Part shown: piece by piece, positions 20,507-30,778 of the stretch | How positions within the stretch are numbered: the first letter of the stretch is position 1 | Layout of the letters: every line of letters begins with the position of its first letter | NCBI GenBank assembly: GCA_963663895.2 | Contig: CAXXRD010000002.1 | Coordinates: 736,001-800,000, forward strand | Direction: 5' to 3' | Length of the DNA stretch: 64,000 bases | DNA from: Dehalococcoidia bacterium | GTDB lineage: Bacteria; Chloroflexota; Dehalococcoidia; Bin125 | Made by a program: the position numbers and the translations under genes | The notes under the pieces: model-generated | The model's input: only the letters and a program-made list of their open reading frames with translations | The model's database searches: none | What the model was told of the DNA's origin: nothing

Positions 20507-21190
20507 GTGCGCGACATGGCAGGGTCAGCTGCACCAGAGCTATGGGAAAAGCGCCTATACATTCCTTCCTACACTAGGAAGGCTGCGGCGCATTACGCAA
20601 AAGTTCATCCAAACACCGTGTCGTATTGGCATTCCGGAAGAACCGCTGGACCAACGCTGCCAGACAGGAGGCCAAGAGTCCCACTTTCCTATTTACAGCT
20701 GATTGAGGTCGCATTCGTTGCACAGTTCAGAAGGCTTGGCGTCAAGTTGCGCGCACTGAGGGAGGCACATGGCTACCTTTCTCAGACGTTCGAGACAGAG
20801 TTCCCATTCGCAACGCAAAAGCTAGAAACGGATGGCGTTCATATCTTCCTCGCCATTGCGGAATACGAGGGGCTTGGCTCTATTAAGAGGGCCATTGCTG
20901 CCGATCGGGAGGGGCAAGTCTGGGAGAATCTAATGCGTGAGAAGTTTCACGAATTTGATTACGAAGACGGTGTGGCGATCCGATGGCATGTAGACGGCAG
21001 AGATTCTTGTATCGCCATCGACCCGCGCGTTGCCTTTGGTGCCCCTATGGTCAAAGGAACGCCGACATGGGTGGTTTGTGGTCGTAAGAAGGCTGGGGAG
21101 AGCATTTCTGAGATCGGCGAGAATTTCAATCTGACGACTCGTGAGGTTCGTGAAATGCTCCGCTTCGAGGGCATTCCCCTTGCCGCGTGA
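20507..21190 (+). CDS. Antitoxin, HTH plus DUF433 (VapB45-like)
   Basis: YT..AAAHYA.V..NTV.YW HTH, LSYLQLIE, FPFA, IDPRVAFGAP.V.GT DUF433; lower GC. Confidence 0.8.
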   Translation: MRDMAGSAAPELWEKRLYIPSYTRKAAAHYAKVHPNTVSYWHSGRTAGPTLPDRRPRVPLSYLQLIEVAFVAQFRRLGVKLRALREAHGYLSQTFETEFPFATQKLETDGVHIFLAIAEYEGLGSIKRAIAADREGQVWENLMREKFHEFDYEDGVAIRWHVDGRDSCIAIDPRVAFGAPMVKGTPTWVVCGRKKAGESISEIGENFNLTTREVREMLRFEGIPLAA

Positions 21191-21558
21191 TCTTCTTCTG
21201 CGACCGGACTTTCGGGAAAAACTTCGCTCGAACTCTTGGTTTCGAATGGCACGACGATCATTTTCCACAGGACACACAAGATGACCACTGGCTCTCGGTT
21301 ATCGGCGAGAGAAATTGGATCGCACTGAGTCAGGACTATCGACTACATCGCCAGCAGCTTCGCCGCGAAGCCATTCGGCAGCACCGTGTTGGGCTCTTCT
21401 ACGTTTGGGGTGCGCAAGCCCCTGCGGAGGAATCGCTGGCGGTGTTTAGGCAAGCATTTGGGCGGATTTGTGACATAGCAGAGACAGTCGATCGCCCCTT
21501 CATCTATCGCGTACAGAAGAATGCTCGCTTGATGCAGGTGAAACTGGCGGATCAATGA
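21187..21558 (+). CDS. PIN-domain toxin (VapC45-like)
   Basis: FFCDRTFG, HDDHFPQDTQDDHWL, WIALSQD; GTGA overlap with the antitoxin. Confidence 0.8.
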   Translation: MIFFCDRTFGKNFARTLGFEWHDDHFPQDTQDDHWLSVIGERNWIALSQDYRLHRQQLRREAIRQHRVGLFYVWGAQAPAEESLAVFRQAFGRICDIAETVDRPFIYRVQKNARLMQVKLADQ

Positions 21559-21618
21559 TGCTGTGGAAGAGACGGCGGGCTGCCTGCTAGCTGCTGGCAG
21601 TGGGAAACGGACTTCTAG

Positions 21619-24525
21619 CTACCCCGCCCGCTCCAGGTTCAGCGCCAGCAGCCGCGCCAGCAGTTCCTCCTCGCCCAGCTCCGGGGGCGGCTCGGGCCAG
21701 CCGTAGGCGGCGAAGACGGCCGCGTCGAGATCGGCGTGGAGGTTGGCGAGCCAGGCGGGGCGGTCGTTGTAGAGGTTGGTCAGCGTGCGCTTCGCCAGCT
21801 TCTTGGCGGCGGCCTCGTCCACCGGCAGCAGGCGCGGGGGGAGCGAGGGCAGCACGTCGGGCTCCTCGCGCACCCACTCCGGCGGGTTGAGCCAGCGCCG
21901 CCGCGCCTCATCCAGCGCCCGCGCCGCTTGGCCGATGGCGTCGCGCTGCCCGCGCTGATCCGCCGTCAGCGCTTCGTCGGGCGTGTCGAGCGGCCAGGGG
22001 AAGGGGAACGTCTCGAACGTCGAGGACGGCGTGTAGCGCGGGTCGTTGCCGACGCCGAGCCAGGTCCCCGTCCGCAGTGACCACAACTCGTGCGCGCGGG
22101 CGTGCAGCACGCCAAACGTGTAATTGTCATCGCGCGCAAAGACGAGCAATGCGTGATCTGGCAGCGTGGGTGCCGACAACCAAACGAAGAGACGATGTTT
22201 CGCAACTCCAGGCGTCGCGATAAATCGAGAGAGCGGAGCCAGAGCGGCCCGCATGGCTGGCCGCGGCTCGACGTGCTGCCACCATCGCTCCCGATAAGCT
22301 TTTCGGCGATTCTCCGCGCGTACTGGCTGGACAAGCCTTTTCACATGCTCAAATGGGGCCTCATAGGAAGCGGCTTCGGACTCGGCCAGGTCCGTGCCGA
22401 AGTCGATGATGAACATGCCACGCGGACGGCGGCTGATATCCATCGCGTTCATCCATGGCACGACCACGTCGGCGTTGGGGCGGCCGTTGATGTTCGCCGG
22501 GAGCGACAGCATCTCGCGCGCAAGGTCGCCGGGAATCTCGAATGATCCGCCCTTCGTATCGGCCATAAAGGAGACGCCCCGGTTCTCCGGAAGGGCACGG
22601 GCCTGCGTGAGGTCGATGTCGGCCGTCAGATCGCTGTTGATGCCGCCGACTGGCTGGCCGTCGAGCGCACGCTTCGTCTCCGAGCCGTCATCCTGCCCGA
22701 CGATCGAGACGCGCACGGCGGCGCCCTCGACGATCCACGGCTCGTCCGGCCAGGCCATGAAGAGGTCGCCGCTCTCCTTGATGCGGTCCAGGACTCGGCG
22801 ATTCGCGCCGCCGCGCACGGAGTTCGTCGCCAGCAGCCCGGCGCGCTTCGCAGCACCGCTGGCGATCTGCTGGCGGGCGAGTTCGTGCCAATAGCACACG
22901 AGATCTGACTCCTGAGAGACTGAGCCTTCCCAGGACGCGAACAGGTCGTCAACGTACTCGTCGCCGAGTGAGCCCCGCAGCCGCTTATTCCCTAAGAAGG
23001 GCGGGTTGCCGACGATGAACTCGGCCTCCGGCCAGGCCGCCGGGACGGGCGCGCCCCCGGCGTCGCGGGCGAGGATCGCGTCGCGCCGCTCGATGCTGTC
23101 GAGCGGCTGCAGCACCGGCTTCTCGGGGAAGCCGTAGCCGTGGTCCCGCATCCACTGGATCTGGCCGATCCAGATCGAGACGCCCGCCAGCTCCTTGGCG
23201 TAGGGGCTGATCTCGATGCCGATCACGTTGTACGGCCCCACCTGCGGGAACTCCTCGGTGATGCCCAGCCGCTCTCCGCCCCAGCGGATCGTCTCCCGTT
23301 CCAGGTCCTTGAGCAGCCGCAGCGTTACGTAGAGGAAGTTGCCCGAGCCGCAGGCCGGGTCGAGCACGCGCACCGCGCGCAGCCGCTCCAGGAAGGCGCG
23401 CCACTCGCTCTCGGCGCTTCGCTCCCAGGCGGGCAGCCGCACGCGGCGGCGGCCGTCGCGGGTGGGCGGACTCGGCTTGCGGCCCGCCATCAGCGCGTCG
23501 ACCCGCTCTCGCATCGCCCCGAACTCGCGGCGCAGCGGTTCGAGAACGACCGGCTCCACGACCATCAGGATCTTGGCGCGGTCGGTGTAGTGCGCGCCGA
23601 GCTGCCCGCGCCTGTCGGGGTCGAGCCCGCGCTCGAAGAGCGTGCCCAGGATGGCGGGCTCCACCTGCGACCAGTCGAGCGCGGAGGCGGCGCCGACGGC
23701 GCGCAGCTCATCGCGGGTGAAGGCCAGCGCCGCGGCGTCGTCGAAGAGCCCGCCGTTGAACCAGGCGATGCGCTGCGTGCCGAAATAGCCGCCCCGGTCC
23801 GCCATCAGGCGGAACAGCTCCGAGAGCCCGGCCGTGAACGCCGCGGGATCGTCGGCGCGCGACGCGATCAGGTCGCTCATGATCCGGCGCGGCAGCAGGC
23901 CGGCGTCCTCGGCGAAGAGGCAGAACAGCACGCGGTTGAGGAAGTGCGCCACGGTCTCGGGATGGTGCCCCCGTTCCTGCATCGAGCCTGCGATCTCGGC
24001 GAAGCGGGAGGCGGCGGCCCGCGTGACCTCGTCGGGCGTCTGCTTGGGACGCAGCGCCTCGGGCTCGTGCATCACGGCGCGGAGGATGCGCAGCGCCCCG
24101 GCGGGGTCCTCGGCCAGGTCGTCGAGGGTGACGGTATGGACGGCGGGCTGGGTGTTGGTGAAGTTGGTGTGGACCTCGATCACGTCCATGTCGCTGACGA
24201 CGAGCGCGGGCGGGTTCTCAAGGTCCTCGCGGTAGTCGAGCAGCTGGCGGTAGGCGGCGGCCAGGTCGGCGTGGGCGCCCTTGTACTCCCAGCCGAAGCA
24301 GCCGCGCTTCCAGACGTCGGCCCAGCCCTGTCCGCCGGTGCTGAGACGCTCTGCGCCCGCCTCAAAGGTGTAGTCGGGGCTGGACGGGGGATCGTTGGGC
24401 GTGGGCACGCCCAGCAGGCGGCAGAGGTCGATGAAGTGCTCCTGCGATGAGGCGCGCTCGCGGCGGGCGTTGTCCTTCCACTTGGCCGCGAAGGCGGCGG
24501 CGGAGATGCCGGGCGTTGCGGTCAT
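21619..24525 (-). CDS. MmeI/YeeA-like type IIL/IIG restriction-modification enzyme (endonuclease-m6A methyltransferase-TRD fusion)
   Basis: ADVWKRGCFGWEYKG nuclease motif, FCLFAED, FNGGLF, GAHYT, LDPACGSGNFL, GNPPFLG, RYTPSSTFETFPFP, RTLTNLYN. Confidence 0.9.
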   Translation of the reverse strand: MTATPGISAAAFAAKWKDNARRERASSQEHFIDLCRLLGVPTPNDPPSSPDYTFEAGAERLSTGGQGWADVWKRGCFGWEYKGAHADLAAAYRQLLDYREDLENPPALVVSDMDVIEVHTNFTNTQPAVHTVTLDDLAEDPAGALRILRAVMHEPEALRPKQTPDEVTRAAASRFAEIAGSMQERGHHPETVAHFLNRVLFCLFAEDAGLLPRRIMSDLIASRADDPAAFTAGLSELFRLMADRGGYFGTQRIAWFNGGLFDDAAALAFTRDELRAVGAASALDWSQVEPAILGTLFERGLDPDRRGQLGAHYTDRAKILMVVEPVVLEPLRREFGAMRERVDALMAGRKPSPPTRDGRRRVRLPAWERSAESEWRAFLERLRAVRVLDPACGSGNFLYVTLRLLKDLERETIRWGGERLGITEEFPQVGPYNVIGIEISPYAKELAGVSIWIGQIQWMRDHGYGFPEKPVLQPLDSIERRDAILARDAGGAPVPAAWPEAEFIVGNPPFLGNKRLRGSLGDEYVDDLFASWEGSVSQESDLVCYWHELARQQIASGAAKRAGLLATNSVRGGANRRVLDRIKESGDLFMAWPDEPWIVEGAAVRVSIVGQDDGSETKRALDGQPVGGINSDLTADIDLTQARALPENRGVSFMADTKGGSFEIPGDLAREMLSLPANINGRPNADVVVPWMNAMDISRRPRGMFIIDFGTDLAESEAASYEAPFEHVKRLVQPVRAENRRKAYRERWWQHVEPRPAMRAALAPLSRFIATPGVAKHRLFVWLSAPTLPDHALLVFARDDNYTFGVLHARAHELWSLRTGTWLGVGNDPRYTPSSTFETFPFPWPLDTPDEALTADQRGQRDAIGQAARALDEARRRWLNPPEWVREEPDVLPSLPPRLLPVDEAAAKKLAKRTLTNLYNDRPAWLANLHADLDAAVFAAYGWPEPPPELGEEELLARLLALNLERAG

Positions 24526-24729
24526 GCGCTCCTCGTCTGCGGCCGTGCGGCGCCTGCGGCCGCTGGTTCCATTGTGAGCCGTGCCGCTCCCTGCGGCAGC
24601 AAAATCTTCCTGAGACACAGAGCCGCGGTGTTCGCGCAAACGGCGTTATGCTACGGTTCTTCCCGCAGCGGCAGCTCGGGCAGGTACGAAGCCGGGAGCG
24701 CCGCGCCCCGCGACCCTTGCAGGATGTGA

Positions 24730-24996
24730 ATGCTGACGCGCAAGGAAAAAGACGAGGTCATCCGCGAGTACCGTCTCCATGAGACGGATACCGGCTCTCC
24801 TGAGGTCCAGGTGGCGACGCTGACGGCGCGCATCAACCGCCTCACCGAGCATCTGCGGGAGCACACGCACGATCACAGCACCCGCCGGGGACTGCTCAAG
24901 CTGGTCGGCCAGCGGCGCCGGCAGCTGGGCTACCTCAACAAGACGGATGTGGGGCGCTATCGCAACCTCATCGCCAGTCTCGGCCTCCGCAAGTAG
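24730..24996 (+). CDS. rpsO: 30S ribosomal protein S15
   Basis: [39 protein letters not shown]. Confidence 0.97.
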   Translation: MLTRKEKDEVIREYRLHETDTGSPEVQVATLTARINRLTEHLREHTHDHSTRRGLLKLVGQRRRQLGYLNKTDVGRYRNLIASLGLRK

Positions 24997-25018
24997 CGGC
25001 GGCGCGGCGGGGCCGTCG

Positions 25019-25284
25019 CATACTGAATCGGAGCGATGGCCGCGGGGAGACATAGGAAGCGGAAAGCCGCTCGGGACGCACGGCGCGACAGCCGTCCCCA
25101 AACCGTCCGAGCGTGCGAGGAAACGGTCCGTGAGCAGGCGCCGGCTCCCTCGGGGAGGTCAAGACCGAGCCGCGCCCCGGAGCTAACCCCTAGGTAAGAA
25201 GGCGGGCGCGCGGCGGGGCCGCGAGCGCCCCCAGACGGAGGCAGATCGAAGAGGGCCCGGCGCGAACGTCCGGGTCGGAAAGGC
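25019..25284 (+). promoter_or_regulatory. pnp promoter (-10 CATACT) and ~255-nt structured 5' leader
   Basis: Hairpins AGCGG-AAAG-CCGCT and ACGGC-N6-GCCGT, plus a multibranch CGGCTC/GAGCCG stem at about 25137-25176. Confidence 0.45.
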
Positions 25285-27921
25285 ATGATGGAGAAAACAT
25301 ACGAGATAGAGCTGGCGGGCGAGCCGCTGATCATCGCGACCGGGCGCTATGCCCAGCAGGCAGGCGGCGCGGTCACGGTGCGCTACGGCGACACGCTGGT
25401 GCTCGGCACCGCCACCGCGAGCAAGCCGCGGCCCGGGATCGACTTCTTCCCCCTGTCCGTGGAGTTCGAGGAGCGGCTGTACGCGGCCGGGCGCATCCCG
25501 GGATCGTTCTTCCGGCGGGAGGGCCGCCCCACCACCACCGGCGTGCTCTCGGCCCGCCTGACGGACCGGCCCCTGCGGCCGCTGTTCCCCAAGGGCTACA
25601 TGGATGACACTCAGGTCATCATCACGGTGCTCTCGGCCGACATGGAGCACCCCCCCGACACGCTCGGCACCATCGCCGCGAGCGCTGCCCTGACCATCTC
25701 CGACATCCCCTTCGACGGGCCCGTGGCGTCGGTGCGCCTGGGCCACGTCAACGGCTCGCTGGTGCTGCAGCCGAAGTTCGAGGAGCTCAACGAGAGCGAC
25801 CTGAATATCGTCGTGGCCGGCACCAAGGACGCGATCATGATGGTCGAGGCCGACGCCGCCGAGGTCTCCGAGGCGCTGCTGGTCGAGGCCCTAGAGCTCG
25901 GCCAAGAGGCGATCGCCTCGATCGTGGCCGTCCAAGAGCAGCTGCGCGCGGACTTCGGCAAGCCCAAGCGTTCCTACGAGGCGCCGGCCATCGACGAGGA
26001 GGCGGTCGCGGCGGTTGAGAAACAGGTCGGTGAGGATCTCATGGCCGCCCTCTCCTCGGCCGGGCTCGCCAAGGCGGAGCGCGAGGCGCGGATCGCCGAG
26101 CTCAAGGCGCAGGCGCTGGACGATGTCGCCGACGAGGATCGGGAGCGGCAGGCGGCCGCCTTCGGCGATCTGGAGGGCCGCATCGTGCGGTCCAACATCC
26201 TGGAGCGCGGGCTGCGCCCGGACGGACGCGCGCCCACGCAGATCCGCGAGCTGAGCAGCGAGGTGGGGCTGATCCCCCGCACGCACGGCTCCGGGCTCTT
26301 CCAGCGCGGCGAGACGCAGGTGCTGGCGCTCACCACCCTGGCCGGCACCGGCATGGCGCAGCGCCTCGACGATCTGACCCCGGTCGAGAGCAAGCGCTTC
26401 ATGCACCACTACAACTTCCCGCCCTTTTCCACGGGGGAGACCGGCCGCGTCGGCACGCCCAGCCGGCGCTCGGTCGGGCACGGCATGCTCGGCGAGCGCG
26501 CCATGATGGCCGTGCTGCCCGATTTCGACGAGTTTCCCTACACGATCCGCATCGTCTCCGAGGTGCTTTCCTCCAACGGCAGCACCTCGCAGGCGAGCGT
26601 CTGCGCCGCCATCCTCTCGATGATGGATGCCGGGGTGCCGCTGAAGGCGCCCGTGGCCGGCGTCGCCATGGGCCTCATCAAGGGCGAGCAGGAGGACGAG
26701 TTCAGCGTCCTCACGGACATCGCCGGGATCGAGGATCACCTGGGGGACATGGACTTCAAGGTGGCCGGGACGCGCGCCGGCGTGACCGCGCTGCAGATGG
26801 ACATCAAGGTCCAGGGGATCACCACCGCGATCATGGCGCAGGCGCTCGACCAGGCGCGCGCCGCCCGTCTGGAGGTCATCGAGTCGATGGCCGCGACCAT
26901 CGCCGCGCCGCGCGACGAGATGTCGCCCTACGCGCCGCGGGTCCATCGCCTCAACGTTCCCCAGGAGAAGATCGGCGTGATCATCGGGCCGGGCGGCAAG
27001 ACGATTCGCAGCCTGGAAGAGCAGACCGGCGCCTCCATCGACATCGAGTCGGACGGCGCGGTCTTCGTTTCCGCGCCGAACGGCGAGTCCCTGCGCAAGG
27101 CGACGGAGATCATCAACGCCATGACCAAGGAGGTGGAGCCGGGCGAGGTCTACACCGGCAAGGTCACGCGCCTGATGAATTTCGGCGCCTTCGTCGAAGT
27201 GCTGCCCGGCAAGGACGCCTTGGTGCACATCTCCGAGCTGGCCGACTATCGCGTCCCCTCCGTCGAGGATGTCGTGAAGGTCGGCGACGAGATCACCGTG
27301 AAGATCACCGAGATCGACAACCTGGGCCGGATCAACGCCTCGCGCCGCGCGCTGCTGACGGGCGAGGAGGCTGCGTCCGGCCGCGACCAACCCGCCGATC
27401 GCGATGCGCGCGGCGATGGCGACGAGCGTGGCGAGGGCGGCGATGGCGACGATCGCCCGGGCCGCGGCCCGAGGGGGCGGCGCGGCCGGGTCGGGCGGGG
27501 TTTCCGGGACCGTCCTCCCGCGCGCGAGCGCGGCTTCGATGGCGACGGCCCCAGCCGCGATCGGGCGGTCCGCAGCGACGGCGGTCCCGAGGAAGAGCGC
27601 CCGGATGCCGGTTCCGAGGAGTTCGAGCGGCGCGAGCGGCAGCCGGTCGGGTCGGCTGCCAGCGATGACGAAGCGCCGGCGGGCGCCGGGCGCCGGCGCC
27701 GGCGCCGGCGTCGGCGCCGGTCCGGGACCGATGCGGGTAGCCCTAGCGGCGACGGAGGAGCCGCTGCCCAAGAGCGGCAGCCGGACACCACCGCCAGTGG
27801 GCGGCCTCTCTCGCGAGTGATCAGCCGGCTGGGTGCCCGCCGGGCGCACCGGGAATCCTCGGATGGGGATCTGGGCCCGCCTCCCCCGCCGCGTCCGGAC
27901 TTCGGCGCGCCACAGTCGTAA
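25285..27921 (+). CDS. pnp: Polyribonucleotide nucleotidyltransferase (PNPase) with long C-terminal extension
   Basis: [60 protein letters not shown] (IGPGGK) and S1 domains. Confidence 0.97.
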   Translation: MMEKTYEIELAGEPLIIATGRYAQQAGGAVTVRYGDTLVLGTATASKPRPGIDFFPLSVEFEERLYAAGRIPGSFFRREGRPTTTGVLSARLTDRPLRPLFPKGYMDDTQVIITVLSADMEHPPDTLGTIAASAALTISDIPFDGPVASVRLGHVNGSLVLQPKFEELNESDLNIVVAGTKDAIMMVEADAAEVSEALLVEALELGQEAIASIVAVQEQLRADFGKPKRSYEAPAIDEEAVAAVEKQVGEDLMAALSSAGLAKAEREARIAELKAQALDDVADEDRERQAAAFGDLEGRIVRSNILERGLRPDGRAPTQIRELSSEVGLIPRTHGSGLFQRGETQVLALTTLAGTGMAQRLDDLTPVESKRFMHHYNFPPFSTGETGRVGTPSRRSVGHGMLGERAMMAVLPDFDEFPYTIRIVSEVLSSNGSTSQASVCAAILSMMDAGVPLKAPVAGVAMGLIKGEQEDEFSVLTDIAGIEDHLGDMDFKVAGTRAGVTALQMDIKVQGITTAIMAQALDQARAARLEVIESMAATIAAPRDEMSPYAPRVHRLNVPQEKIGVIIGPGGKTIRSLEEQTGASIDIESDGAVFVSAPNGESLRKATEIINAMTKEVEPGEVYTGKVTRLMNFGAFVEVLPGKDALVHISELADYRVPSVEDVVKVGDEITVKITEIDNLGRINASRRALLTGEEAASGRDQPADRDARGDGDERGEGGDGDDRPGRGPRGRRGRVGRGFRDRPPARERGFDGDGPSRDRAVRSDGGPEEERPDAGSEEFERRERQPVGSAASDDEAPAGAGRRRRRRRRRRSGTDAGSPSGDGGAAAQERQPDTTASGRPLSRVISRLGARRAHRESSDGDLGPPPPPRPDFGAPQS

Positions 27922-27932
27922 CGGCGCCGGCG

Positions 27933-28724
27933 ATGACGCTGCGCGTCGCGGTCAGCGGCAGCGGCCAGATGGGGGCCCGGATTCTGAGCGCGGTGGCTGC
28001 CGCCGACGGGCTCGAGATCGCGGGCGTGATCGAGAAGTACTCGCAGGGGCGGACCTACGCGCTGAGCGACGGGCGCACCGTGCCGCTCACCCAGAGCGTT
28101 GCGGGGCTGCGCGACCTCGGCGCGGACGTCGTGGTCGATTTCAGCAATGCGGCCTGGACGGAGCAGCTCTTGCCCCTGGCGATCGAAGCCGGCGTCTCTC
28201 CCGTGGTCGGGACCTCGGGGCTGCCGGACGCGCTGATCGAGCGATCCGCCGCAGCCTGCGCCGAGCAGCGGTTGGGCGGAGTGGTCGCCGCCAACTTCGC
28301 GCTCGGCGCCGTGATGCTGATGCATCTCGCCCGCGTGGCCGCCCCCTTCTTCGCCGCGGCCGAGGTGATCGAGCAGCATCATGACGGCAAGGTCGACGCG
28401 CCCTCGGGGACCGCGATCGCGACGGCGCGCGGGATGCGCGCGGCGCGCGCGCAGGACTTCGGTCGCAACGTGGCGGAGCAGGAGACGCTGCCCGACGCGC
28501 GGGGCGCGGCGCTTGGCGGCGTCACCCTCCACTCCGTTCGCCTGCCGGGCCTGGTGGCGCACCAAGAGGTGATCTTCGGCGGGCTGGGGGAAACGTTGAA
28601 GCTGCGGCATGACTCCACCAGCCGGGAGTCGTTCATGCCGGGGGTGCTGCGCGCGATACGCGCCGTCCCGCAGCTCGACCACTTCGTGATCGGCCTCGAT
28701 CGGCTGCTTGGTCTGCGAGACTGA
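27933..28724 (+). CDS. dapB: 4-hydroxy-tetrahydrodipicolinate reductase
   Basis: GQMG, VDFS, VGTSG, ANFALG, EQHHDGKVDAPSGTA. Confidence 0.95.
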   Translation: MTLRVAVSGSGQMGARILSAVAAADGLEIAGVIEKYSQGRTYALSDGRTVPLTQSVAGLRDLGADVVVDFSNAAWTEQLLPLAIEAGVSPVVGTSGLPDALIERSAAACAEQRLGGVVAANFALGAVMLMHLARVAAPFFAAAEVIEQHHDGKVDAPSGTAIATARGMRAARAQDFGRNVAEQETLPDARGAALGGVTLHSVRLPGLVAHQEVIFGGLGETLKLRHDSTSRESFMPGVLRAIRAVPQLDHFVIGLDRLLGLRD

Positions 28725-28827
28725 TGCCGGAGACGCTCTCGCCGCCGGGTGCTGGAGCGCTGGAGTACCATTGGACCCCGCCGCGGCAACCGGCGACCGC
28801 TGGCGCTGCGGATGGACGAGTACCGCG

Positions 28828-29844
28828 ATGACGAGAGAGCTGACCGTCGCACTTGTCGGTGCCACGGGCGTCGTGGGTGAGCAGTTTCTCCGGATCATGG
28901 AGGCGCGCGCGCTGCCGGTGCGCGAGATCCGGCTTCTGGCGACGGCCCGTTCCGCCGGGCGCGCGATCCCGTTTCGCGACGAGACCCTCACCGTTGCGGA
29001 GACGAGCGAGGCGGCGCTGGCTGGCGCCGACGTCGTCTTCGTGTCGGCGTCCACGGAGGCCTCGCGGCATTGGTGCCCGATCGCGCGAGAGCTGGGGGCC
29101 GTCGCCTTCGACGACTCCTCCGCGTTCCGCATGGAGCCCGACGTGCCGCTCGTTGTTCCGGAGATCAACGGCGAGACGCTTCGATCGCACCGGGGAATCA
29201 TCGCGACGCCCAACTGTTCGACCGTGCCCGTGGTCCTGACCCTGGCTCCGTTGATGCGCGAGCGCGCCGTCCGGCGCGTGATCGCCGACACCTACCAGTC
29301 CGTCTCGGGAAGCGGCGGCGCCGCGGTGGTGGAGCTGCGCGAGCAGACGGCTGCCCGGCTCGCCGATCGCACGCACGAGCCCGAGGTCTATCCCAAGCAG
29401 ATCGCCTTCAACACCATTCCCCAGGTCGATCTCTTCCTGGAGGACGGCTACACCAAAGAGGAATGGAAGATGATCGCGGAGAGTCGCAAGATCCTGGAGC
29501 AAGCGGATCTGGCGATCAGCGCGACGTGCGTGCGCGTTCCTACCTTCGTGGCACACGCGGCGGCGCTGCACGTTGAGCTGGACGCGCCCCTCACGGCCGC
29601 GGAGGCGCGCGTCCTCTGGAGCGGACAGGACGGGCTGGCTGTCGTGGACGACCCCGTCCACGCGGGCTATCCGACGCCCGTCGACAGCGCCCATCGTGAT
29701 CCGGTCTTCGTGGGGCGCGTGCGGCAGGACGCCTCCCACCCGAACGGCCTCGCCTACTGGGTCGTCAGCGATAATCTGCGGAAGGGTGCGGCGCTGAACA
29801 TCGTGCAGATGGTCGAGTGGATGCTGGCCGACGGCTGCTTATAG
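28828..29844 (+). CDS. asd: Aspartate-semialdehyde dehydrogenase
   Basis: VGATGVVG, SSAFRM, PNCST, YQSVSGSG, TCVRVP, DNLRKGAALN. Confidence 0.95.
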   Translation: MTRELTVALVGATGVVGEQFLRIMEARALPVREIRLLATARSAGRAIPFRDETLTVAETSEAALAGADVVFVSASTEASRHWCPIARELGAVAFDDSSAFRMEPDVPLVVPEINGETLRSHRGIIATPNCSTVPVVLTLAPLMRERAVRRVIADTYQSVSGSGGAAVVELREQTAARLADRTHEPEVYPKQIAFNTIPQVDLFLEDGYTKEEWKMIAESRKILEQADLAISATCVRVPTFVAHAAALHVELDAPLTAAEARVLWSGQDGLAVVDDPVHAGYPTPVDSAHRDPVFVGRVRQDASHPNGLAYWVVSDNLRKGAALNIVQMVEWMLADGCL

Positions 29845-29872
29845 CGGACGCACGGAACGACTGAGCAAGACC

Positions 29873-30778
29873 ATGACCGAACTCGGACGCCTCTTTACCG
29901 CCATGGTCACGCCGATGCGGCCGGACGAATCGGTCGACGTCGACCAAGCCAAGCGATTGGCAAGGTCGCTGCTGGAGACGGGCAGCGACGGACTGGTGGT
30001 CTGTGGCACCACCGGCGAAGCGTCGACGCTGGAATTCGAAGAGGAGCGCCTGCTCTTCCGCGAGCTGCTGCCGGTTGTGCGGGAGCACGGCGCCGCACTG
30101 GTTGCGGGCACGGGTTCGAACAGCACGCGCACGGCGATTGACTCGTCGATGCGCGCGGAGCGGATCGGCGTCGACGCGCTTCTCCTGGTGGTGCCCTACT
30201 ACAACAAGCCCTCGCAGGAGGGGCTCTACCGGCATTTTCAGGCGCTGGCCGCGTCGGTCCGGATCCCCTGCATTCTCTACAACGTTCCCAGCCGTACCGG
30301 TACCAACATGACTGCGGACACGCAGCTGCGGCTCGCTGCGATCCCCAACATCGTCGGGACCAAGGAGGCCAGCGGTGACCTGGACCAGATCGGTCGCATC
30401 ATCGCTGGGGCCCCCGAGGGGTTCCGTGTCTGGAGCGGCAACGACGGGGACAACTTACCCATCCTCTCGATCGGCGGTTACGGCGCGGTCAGCGTCGTCT
30501 CGCATCTGGCCGGGCGGCAGGTGCGCGGCTGCATTGATGCGGCCGTGCGCGGCGATCTGGCGGAGGCAGGTCGCATCCATCGACGGCTCATGCCGCTCGT
30601 GAAGGCCATGTTCCTCGATGGCAACCCGGTGCCTCTCAAGTACGCCTTGAATCATGTGGGGTTCCCGGTCGGCCCGTCCCGCCCTCCCTTGGTGGAGCCG
30701 GACGAGGCGACTGCCGCGAAGATCCGCGCCGCCGTGGCCGCAGCACAGATCGACCTGCCGGTCTCGGTTTCGCCGTAG
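29873..30778 (+). CDS. dapA: 4-hydroxy-tetrahydrodipicolinate synthase
   Basis: TAMVTP, GTTGE, PYYNKP, LYNVPSRT, KEASG. Confidence 0.95.
   Translation: MTELGRLFTAMVTPMRPDESVDVDQAKRLARSLLETGSDGLVVCGTTGEASTLEFEEERLLFRELLPVVREHGAALVAGTGSNSTRTAIDSSMRAERIGVDALLLVVPYYNKPSQEGLYRHFQALAASVRIPCILYNVPSRTGTNMTADTQLRLAAIPNIVGTKEASGDLDQIGRIIAGAPEGFRVWSGNDGDNLPILSIGGYGAVSVVSHLAGRQVRGCIDAAVRGDLAEAGRIHRRLMPLVKAMFLDGNPVPLKYALNHVGFPVGPSRPPLVEPDEATAAKIRAAVAAAQIDLPVSVSP

Noticed and set aside
25021-25196. c-di-AMP (ydaO) riboswitch call
   Set aside because: Only the ends resemble it (TGAATC..GCGGGG, AGCTAACCCC.TAGG); the internal GGGGTGAATC core is missing and the 5' part overlaps the likely -10. Kept only as an unclassified leader.
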